A DNA stretch of 64,000 nucleotides from Stylophora pistillata (taxonomy: Eukaryota): positions 505,791 to 569,790 of the forward strand of contig NW_019217787.1 of the NCBI RefSeq assembly GCF_002571385.2, in the 5' to 3' direction. Shown here one piece after another: positions 1 to 10,700 of the stretch. The notes below the pieces were generated by a model that saw nothing but the letters and a program-made list of their open reading frames with translations, made no database searches and was not told where the DNA came from. The stretch's first letter is position 1. Each line of letters starts with the position of its first letter. The translations under genes and the position numbers were made by a program.

Positions 1-1175
1 GCGAGTTATTCAACTGTGAATTGACCCTTGACATGCAAACGCATCAGTTAGAGAGACAGAGACCTTGTAATAGACGAACTTTTTCCACCGAGCGTAAATA
101 CGGGATTTGTAAAAGGAGAAGCTCGATGCCTCCTAAGAACAAATGTCGCGCTCCACGTTTAGTAAAAATGTGCAGAGTTTCAATATACCCTTCGAGAATA
201 GAGGAAACCTATATGAGGGTTTTGAGAAACGTATCTCTGGAGTTATTACTTCAGGAGACAAGTTTACTCTGAAACAAAGAAAATAGCGCGCGCACAGAAG
301 AAAATGTTGCCTTTTGTAATGCAGTCTCATCTGGCTTTGCCAAACCTCAAGAACATACAGATGGAGAATTATAACACCTCAAAACTGACCCTTACTATCA
401 CATCGCAAAGGAAAGTCATCAAAATATATCCTAATAAGAGCTTAACTTTGAGGGTAGAAGATTTAAAAGCGCTAGCGAATGGTAGGAGACGCACAAGCCT
501 ATCAACACCTTTCAACGGTCGACTGCCTTTTGCCTTCCGGCTTTCCGGCGTGTCGCCTCACGCAAGGCAGAGGTTTTCATGGATCAAGTGACTCTTTTCA
601 TTGCTCTAATTAAACTGTCCTTCATTCGATGATCAAGATAGAAGATTTACCACACAACACTCGCGATTAATTAATTTTCCTTCACTGAGGAAAGTAGATT
701 TACAACATGATTGACAAATGCCCTTACAGTACTAACGCTCTGTAACGTAACACAAGAAACGCAACAATGGGCCTTTTCGCTCCACAAAAGGGTCTTAAAC
801 ACTATCACTTAAAATGCACAAAACATTTGTACCGTTGGAGCGCGTTTGAACGCGTTTGGTCAGAGCTGTTGAAGAAGGATCAAAGTGGCCATACAAATCT
901 TTGAAAGGCTTCAAACTACGACGTACAACGAATTTGACTAGCTCGAATACCGGTCTCAAATTACATGCTAAAATACAGTGTTTGTGTTTGTCCTTGAGAA
1001 CGATATAATACGTGACAAATACGCACGAAAAGTATTTCTACGCATTCAGAATATATCAAATTATATTTACCTATAGTGAAAGGAAAAAGAAACGGCCTAA
1101 CTTTTACGGAATATTCAGTCAAACTCTAGCTATTTCAACCGCTTTTACCGCCATATTGAAAATAACGCTACCACA

Positions 1176-1676
1176 ATGCAATGCAATCGGAGTGCGCACA
1201 CCGCCCGACTTCTAGGGTTAAATTGGGTCTCTTTAGAACTGAGAAGGAAATATCTTAGCCTAGTTAAAATGTATAAGATTATATTTGGTTACTGTGATAT
1301 CAACTGCCATCAGTATTTTGATATTATTGGAATAACTCGTACAAGAAGTAAACATGAGTATAAAATAAGGCCGAAAATTGCCCGTACAAATTATTTAAAA
1401 TATTCATTCTTTCATAGATGTATTAATGATTGGAACTCTCTGCCTTCTGATGTAATGTCATCTCCTAGCCTCCAGTCTTTTAAAGTTTCACTGATTACCT
1501 ATGCTCTTAATACTAGGCATAGTGTTTTTAATATAAGTTTATGCATTACTATTTTTGGAGGGTATGTCTTAGCATGGAAATTTGGCTTCCCCCTACTACC
1601 ATCCTGTTAACCATTTTTTTTATTTTTGTTTGTTTATATATGTATTATTATTATTATTATTATTAGTATTAGTATT
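1176..1676 (+). mobile_element. 3' fragment of a non-LTR retrotransposon (L2/CR1-like ORF2 C-terminus with (TTA)n tail)
   Basis: ORF 1176-1610 reads LNWVSLELRR...MYKI...RTNYLKYSFFHRCINDWNSLP, a typical C-terminus of CR1/L2-group RT ORFs. A TTA microsatellite tail follows at ~1643-1676. Confidence 0.75.
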
Positions 1677-4600
1677 TTAGTTCATTTGTATCGGTTATGT
1701 ATGGTTACGAACTGCTATTAAACAGGTAAAGGTCGGAAACTAATAAAAGCCTTCGTGCAGACCTTGAATTCACAAACGCTACGACAGCGCTAATGACGGC
1801 CAGCTCGCCAAATATCCGGGTTTATCAGCAATTGTATCGGTTACTTATCAGGTGAATAGATCATAGTCTGATGAGATTTGCTGAGTCGACAGCTAATCTT
1901 AATATAATTTTTTCGTGTTCTTCTATTTTAGATGAAACAAATCATGTCACTTTTCTCGATATTTTGGTTTTGGGAGGATGTTGTATTACCGTTTGCGGCA
2001 TCTCCACATATCCCCACCTGTGTTGAACTTATGGTAGCACGCGTTCGACCAAGGTCATAAGATTCTCAAGGTAAAGAAAACAACAATAAAAGAAAACAAT
2101 TGTAACCGCACTGCATGAATCAACGAAATAACAGGAATTTCACCTCAAAAGTGGGCTCAACTGGGAGAGCCTCGGTTACCTGGTCACATGGCGAAAGTTT
2201 CATTTTAGGAAGCACCCGAAGAAGACGGTGTTCATCCATTTATTACGGTCAATTATACAGAAAGGTAATAAAGGAATTTTCCGAACTTTCCATTTAAGAG
2301 CAGAATACTGGCATCGCTCGTTTGAGATGTATCAATTCGATACAGTCCCACGGGCGCAGTCCAATTGATAGTACTGATAGTAAAATCAAGGACAAGTGAA
2401 CCATAATGAGGCCCTCTGAGGTCGATCTATGCATGGTGAAGTAAAGGTAAGACAAGACAGCGTTCCTTTCAAGCTTTTATTTAAGGTTTCTTTATACAAT
2501 AACTCCAGGCTTTCAATAAACTAGTTACTCAATAAACCAGTTACACATGACCACATGCATTCACGTGAAAAGAATGTGAGATACATGCAAAAAATGTCTA
2601 TGAAATAAAACTAAAATCCGTAATCAAACCGAAAACGGCAACAAAATATGTTTTCGGCAATGTAACAGTTTACTCGAGACTGATTTCTCAGTCAAAGTTT
2701 ACATAGTAAACATTACGTCCACCTTTTGAACTATTATCATGAGTTAACAAACCAGAGAAGTTAAAGTGATGCATACTTATGCAAAAACAAATTGTTTTCA
2801 AATACACGAGTTCCTTACTTCAAAAGGGATCAGCTCGGACCCAGCCATTCATCTCTATGTCATCGCTATTTTGTTCAGTTCAACCGGTTCATTTTGAGTG
2901 GAAGTTACGACAAAGCCTGACTGAGAACTTTGCATCGATATTTCGTCACATCCCCCGCGTCACGTTTATGTTGCAGCAGTGTACCCCACCCCTACCTTGC
3001 GCGATTCCAGCACAAGAAGAATAGTAAACCAGGAGAAGAGGACTATAGGGATAATATTTCAACTATTAATTATGACTGATCTTATAAGTTAATATTTTGT
3101 TGTTTCTTTACATGTTTTTTTGTCTGTTTGTTGGTTGATCAACTTCTCTTTCATTGCCCGCAAGTCGGAGAAGTTTTATCAAGTACCCAGCACTAGAGAT
3201 CAGTACAACAAACAATAACCTACTTTCTTATTCAACGTCTTCCAACAACTCAGTGAGCTTAACCTAACTCGTGACAGAGGGAACCTTGTGTCACTACACA
3301 CGATACCCTTCAAAATTTAAAAAGTGCTCAATTCGCATCCTGAAAAAAAAAAAAACCTATGAAAAACATGCTTTCAATTGTTGGGTGGAGTTAACACCGA
3401 AAAAGATATTTTTATTAACCTGAAATGATTCTTTTGACATGAGTCCCACCAAATATTCTTGGGTGTATCTTTGGTCTAGGACATGAGGAACATATTGAAC
3501 TGAAAAACTTCCGTTCAAGTTCCTCATACCAGGGTCGCCCTTTTCCCACCTGCCTCTGAGTTTTAACTCACTTCGTTAGCAGGAAAAGTAGGGTTTGCTA
3601 TCATTGAACTTAAGACCTAAGCCGGCCCTACGGAGCTTTGATACTAACCGGTCGGTGACTTAACGCTATACGCCTAAATTAAACCGGCTGCAGTAGTTTA
3701 AATGCTAACCGCCAATAATGTTGGTTGAACAAAGTGAAACCGTTTTACAATGTTGAACCTCGCAAATAAGGTACTAAACAACTATTCAAAGCATTTCATT
3801 GGATGATCCAAGTTTTTTTCTGCTGATACTTTCAAGTTTCTGCTATTTTATTTCAGCCCGCGTGAAATTTCCTGTAGCTATTGAAGGGCCATTTATACGT
3901 AAAAATGTGTGCGCTACACAGGGCGAAGTTCGCCTCGTAGACTAAGAGATAAAAAGAATTTAACTTTCAGAAAATATACAAAACTACAATAGTAATGCAA
4001 AGGCATTGTCGCCGGTCAATATCAAACAAAGTATAAAAAATGGAACCATCCTCTACATACTGATGTGGAAAACAAATCTTTTGATTTAAGTAGTTCGATC
4101 GATCCTACTGATAAGCCGTTTGTACAGACCGTTTGATGATTATTAGATTTTTTTTTACTAAAATACCCCGATATAATATAAATAAAAAATATCACATATA
4201 AATCACAAATCATTGTTTTTGTAGTGACAGCTGTCTTCATGCTTGGAGCAAAGGCATATACGGTATGCACGATCATTTTTGTCTTGTTTTGTTGTTATTG
4301 TTTTGTTTTTTTATCAAATGTAAACTTGTCGCTTAAACATAGCTAGCGTTGTCTAGAGACGCCTGCTTTGGCTTAAGAGGTTAAAACTTTACAAGATTCT
4401 TAGTTTTCTCTAATTGTTCCGCCGAAAAAAGTTTGAACACGAAAAGATATGAAGCTAAAAAAAAATTTTTTTCAAACCACCCATGATTGTCATGTAGAAA
4501 TAATTTTCATTGGCCAAAATATTCGCGGAGTATTCTATTACCAATGAAGCACCGAGGATGTGCCATGTACGGTGACCCCTGAGTTGAAACACTGTACCTA

Positions 4601-4787
4601 GTATTTTTATAAATATGCCGAAAGCTCTGTATTGGCTTTAAGTTGTTGACGAACGCTTCATCAGTACTTCATCGTATAAAATGCGTAAGTAAGTATGCTG
4701 TGGGAAACATGCTTGAAGCGATCATTTTAAAGCAAATTCACTATGGCTACTTGGCCGAATGATGCCGACATATTTTGGCAGCAGGAA

Positions 4788-7700
4788 TCACTTTATAGAT
4801 AACGTATTCATTTTACGGCCAATAAAGTTCATTTTCTCTGGTTCCGAGAAGCTGATTCTTCTACGAGCAAGTTCTGGAGGGACCTGCAAAAACGAAAAGG
4901 ATCAGCTCAAAGAATCAGTAACGCTGTCCTAATTTATGTATAGTTACCTTTTGTTACATGAATGGTGTGTCAGTTTATTTTTTTCTCTGGCTCGATTTGT
5001 TTTCAATCCCTACCAAGCTAATCGTTGGATAACGATTGATATCAGTAAATCGAGGACCACTCCGGCAAAAGTAACAATAAATCTCTTAACAGATACATGG
5101 ACTGCTCTCTACTTCATGAATTTATCAGTTATCATAAATATCTTGTATCGCGTAAAGCCACATAGATTTAGACGATCTTTAACATTGAAGAATAATCAGT
5201 TACAAGAAGCGGATTCTGAAAAAAAAGTCCCCCAAACTAGGATACAAAGCATGGCAATCGTATTAAGAAAGAGACAACACAATCAGAATCAGAGTGATTT
5301 ATATCTATCCTAACTGCCAAATGCCCAACAAGTCATAAAAGTTAGTCAATGTGCTGTAACGGACAACACTCACGTTCTGTTGCTGAAGAAACTCGGCGAT
5401 CCGGCTGAATTGCGGTCGAGCTCTTGGCTGGTTATTCCAACAATCTTTAATAAGTTGCTGAAGAGAATAAAAATTAAGTTGCGTGGTAAAAAACACTTCC
5501 ATGTTCTGATGACACAAAAACAGAGATAAAGAGGAAATGCCCATGATAGCTTTTCAACCGTTCACTAGTTCACCTTGAAGGATTCCGGGCACTGTAGATG
5601 TGCTACACTTTCTTGCCTTCCTTTCCCGATCATCCATATGATGGAATGTGTTGGGAAGTTTAAGGGCCATCTGCCGGTAAGAATCTCGAACAGGATCGTG
5701 CTGGTAACATAATATATCGTTGAACAAATAATTTAGCTCAAATAATCACCCTTTCGAGTGTCTATCGGTAAGTGTGTTTGAGTGGCTATCAAAAGCGTGA
5801 GATGGTGTCAACAGCTTTTGAACACACTGGCACGTAAACATTAAAATGGCATCGGTTCTTGAAGTGTCAAAAATTTACCCCGAGCAAGTATTCAATCGAA
5901 GGCCGTTGTTTTAGTTTCAAATTTTAGGAAACGTACCTATACGCGTACACGTTCGACCATTCGGAGTTCTTTTCCTCGGGCGATAAAACACAGCCTTTCC
6001 TTGAAAGTGTGCGCATGAGCTCGGGAGCGAGGTATGTCAGATGTCCCTGTGGTATACTGGCATAGCCCTCCCTGGAAAAAATAACATAGACACAATCAAT
6101 GCGAAAGACACAATCAATGATAAATTGGACTAATACTGGCTAACTCAGTGAGTAATACGCCGGGGGAGCAGGGATGGCGCAGTGATGACAGCACTCGCCT
6201 CCCAACAACTGTGGCCCGGGTTCGATTCCCGGAGCTGGTTTCGTCCTTGTCCGGGTTTTTCTCCGGGTCCTCCGGTATTCCTCCCTTTGAAAAAACCATC
6301 ATTTCAAATTCCTATTCGACCTGGAAACAGTGGACAAGAAGAGCCTTCTAGTGGAATGTCCTCCACTAAATTCTCATTTACGCCAGGAGTTTGTTTCCTT
6401 GCTGCTCTGGGATATCCCTCTTTGTGCTTCAGGTACAAACAATTTTCCTGACCTTTCAACTCGTGTCGTTTTATTGCAATATCCTGAAACACAGAGCTTC
6501 ACTTTGGACTCAAGAAACACGTTCATGGTGGTAAGGGCTGGAAGAACGATGCCTTTGGCATGAAGATAACTCATACCCTGGAGAGAAATAAAAACAAAAA
6601 AACAAAAAACGATATCTGATTTTAGCACTTAGAAACAAATACCTGGTCTGAGGGAGAGGTGTCGGTTGACAACAAAAAATCAAGGACGTTTTCAAGGTCT
6701 ACGGAAAATTATACAGTCTATGAGATCCTTGTGGGAATTCTCATCGACATCTACCAGGTATCAATTCTCGCCGTTTTTCTTGATGTTCTTCTTTCTGTTT
6801 AATTCTCCCAATTCTTCTTCAACTTGAATGGCAGTTCTGTTGGATTTATCTTTTAAACAAGTGCAACAGATGATAATCATTGATCTCATCAGTGGCCTTC
6901 TTGATTTCCGTTAGTGTCAATTAAACAGTAATAAAATAAATTCTTCTAAAGTGCATCTAAGTAATCTGAGCACACTTTATAGAAGATTCACTTTAACGTA
7001 AGTGAATTCATTTTGAAGATTTACGATGGGTGTAGACACAAACCTGTGAAATTTGCTTGGCAATAGATATCTTAGACTGCAATGAGAACAAGTCCTGCCG
7101 AACATGAAGATGGTTGTAGAGTGATAAACCTCTTCTTACACTAGAAAAAAAGGGGACTATTGAGTATCAATTTATTCTAACAATTCGTTTAATATTCAAG
7201 AAGACAGACGAGAGAAATGTGTACCTGGTGATGACTGCAAGGTTTGGTGGTTCAAGACACGCGCCCATGAAGAGAACAACATTTTCATGTCTAATCATGC
7301 TCAACACAGACACCTCGTTGAGGAATTCCTCGACTTCTTCTTTCGTTGACCTCCGCCGCGTATGAATCATGATGTCGCCGTGCCACCTTCCCCTAAAGAC
7401 AGATTTTCACGTGAATAAAACGGCATAGAGACTTGAGGCTTCTTTACAACAGAAGAAGTCGATCGCAATATTCAAACCTTCCTCCATTCTCACTCACTCA
7501 CTCATTACAATCTATTCCCAAAACTGACACCTTTTTAGGTTAGTAGGCATATTTGAGACAAAGGACATTAATCGATAATGACAATAGAATTCTCACTTGT
7601 AAACGTATCCTTTGGGGCTGACACCCACTATTTCCCCAAACTGTAAATCTGAGTAAGGGATGCTCCATTCTCGAAGAGATTTCTGTAAGAAGGATTAGAA

Positions 7701-10700
7701 AACGTTAATATCGTTAAGAGGTCATGTAGTGTATAGGATGCCAACGAGCATGAAATATGCGCGATGTAATGCGAGGCGTGATGGTGTGATGTAATATACA
7801 GCATGTCTTTAATTATTTAGGTAGTTCTCTTAGGTACGTGAATAAAACCGATTTCATTTTAACCACTGTGTACTACATTGGCGACGAGGATTTCGAGAAT
7901 GGTGAAGATTTAGAGGACTTCAAGGATTTCGAGGTTTTGTCCAGGGTTTCAGGAGTTTCGTCCGGGAATTCGTAAGTGATTTCGCCAGAGATTTTATTCA
8001 GAGATGCCGGGACATGGTGGATCAGACGAAACGACAAGCGGTGCTGTTGGCAGTTCTGTTAATGGTTCTGGAATGGCTACAGTTGCTTTAGATGTCAGTG
8101 GATTGGAACCATTTAATCCGAAGGGAGAGGCACACAATTTAAGTCAGCGGTGGAAGAGATGGAAGCGAGCGTTCGATTTGTACGTGACGGGAAAAGGTGT
8201 TTCGAACGACGCTCAAAAGCGAGCTCTTCTGTTGCACGTTGCTGGTATGGACGTTCAAGAAATTTATTTCACATTAGCCGGTGATGGCGAGGATGTGAGT
8301 TTTCAGGCAACACTTCAGGTACTTGACAATTATTTTGTTCCCAAGTCAAATGTTCCTTTTCAGAGACATTTGTTTAGACAAATCTCGCAGGAGAGTGGAG
8401 AAACTGTGGACCAGTTTGTGTGCAGATTGCGTCAGCGAGCAGCGACTTGTGAGTTTGGCGTCAACGAGGACGACTATATTCGGGATCAACTCATAGACAA
8501 GTGTTACTCAAGCCACTTGCGCCGGGAGTTCCTGGAAAAGGAAGGGACTGTTACTTTGGGTGATTTGTTGCGGGTTGCGAGATCCCAAGAAGCAGTTGAT
8601 AGACAACTGAAACAATTCAACACGGACCAGGTAGACCGGGTCAATGCAGTGAGAGGAAAAGTGGATGGAAACAAGAATCCCAGAAAATTGAAGACGTGCT
8701 TTAGTTGCGGACGGGAAGGACACTTTAGTCAGGATTGGAGGTGCCCGGCGCGAGGTCAGACTTGCGGGAAGTGCGGTACGATAGGCCATTTCAAAGTCAA
8801 ATGCCCCCAATTCCATCAGCGAGGCGGCGCCCAGTCGGGATCCAAAGGAACGAGGAATAGCAGAGGTGGATTTGGTCGGGGTGGACGTGGACGCGGAAGA
8901 CTGGGGCAAGAGGCAAATCTAGTGACTCGCGGACCTGCCTCCCGAGAAGAAGACAAAAAAGATTTTGCAACACCAGCTCGTCAGTCAAGACCCGNATATG
9001 AACTGAATATGATATGAACTGAATATCTTCAACTTCTTGTCCTTTTATCGAGCGACTGGTTTAATTTAAAGACTTTGATTTGTATGTTGAACATTTAGGA
9101 AAGGAGGGAATGTAGTGTATAGGATGCCAACGAGCATGAAATATGCGCGATGTAATGCGAGGCGTGATGGTGTGATGTAATACCCTCGAGACCTGCATAT
9201 ATACAGCATGTGTTTAATTATTTAGGTAGTTCTCTTAGGTACGTGAATAAAACCGATTTCATTTTAACCGCTGTGTACTACAGGTCAGAAGGACAAACTT
9301 GATCTTGAATGCTCTCTAACAGGCTATTGTATTTGAAGGCGAAGTAACCAAGTTCACTCACGCGCCGAAAGATAAAAACCGGTCTTGAACCTGATTCTCG
9401 TGCTCAAAGTCAAAACTAGATCTCCAATGAAAGGCTCCAATGTCATATTTTAGGCCCCATACATGTTAGCAAACATTTTAGTCTTGGATGGATGTTTTTA
9501 GTTTCATTTGGGACGGCGCCGAGAGAATTGGGGACTGAGGAGGAGAGGGGAGGGGGAACAGGTAGCGTGATTGCACATTGCCAATGATCATTACAAAAGT
9601 AGGTACATAGATATGCACCTTATTCTTATCTTTTTATGTGTGACTCTGTGACTGTGTGACTGAGTAAATAAAGACTCCTTGTCCTCAGATACTAGACGAT
9701 TTATGTTATTGAGGTCCTTGTCTTGCCCCGCGACGATTAGCTTTCTAGTTATTGGGGAGCAAAGTATCCCACTTTTATTTTATGTAAAAAGATCAAAGAA
9801 TAAATTGTTGTTTCGTTGTTGTCGAGTTGGCAAACACAAAAACGTTACTATGCTACCGCTAGATGCTGCAAAAACGTTTCCTACCTTAATATCCTCTTCA
9901 TCCTGCTTATCTCCTTTCAAGCTAAAAGGAAGATTGAATAAAAATATGCAGTAAGATCTGTTTTAAAGTTAAATCGTGCCAGACACTGATTAGCTCCGAC
10001 AAAGGGCTAACGCTCGAAACGTCAGCTTTTGGAATCGTTACGGTGGCCAATTTACCACTTCAACTTTGTTGATATATCCAAATTACTTAATTTGAGAGAC
10101 GCATTGCGAAGTGACGAGAAATGAAGTTAGAAAACACCTCTGAAATGAGGAGCATATCTACTGCTTCCGTCGTCTGGCACTCCAGACAATTTTTGGAACA
10201 ATAATACTACTACTACTAATAATAATAATAATACTAATTAATGAATGTTACTAATTATATGTGCTACCTATCCGTAATTAGCTTAAATTTGCAGGCCAAA
10301 CTTGCTTGGGGCTCAGATTTTTTCCGGAAACAGTGGAAAATCCGTGGCATGATGGAGGAACTGATGCGTGAGTTCAGTTTGAATTTATCTTTTCATCTAG
10401 GACCGCGTCCGATTTCGCAAGAATTGACAAAGTCCTGCTTTCATATCCAAAATATGACACTCGCTAAACATCCGGTTTTTTTTTTTCAGCTCGCAAACAC
10501 TTAAAGACGGCTAAAAATAGATCTACATACAGAGGGGGAGGTTTTTTTGGTTTCTTTTTAATTTCTATCCTGTCATATATCAAAATATTAATCTAAAGCC
10601 TGTTCATGGCGACCAAATCAGGAAGCCCAGTGAAAGGAATCTAAAATTCTAGAAATGCTTCTGAACTTTTATAATCTAATTTTCAACTAATTGCGTAAGA

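Noticed and set aside
6162-6235. tRNA gene
   Set aside because: A and B boxes are present, but the sequence continues into a SINE body, has a TSD and has dispersed copies.
8508-8988. Minus-strand ORFs within gag
   Set aside because: Antisense shadows of the gag ORF with no motifs.
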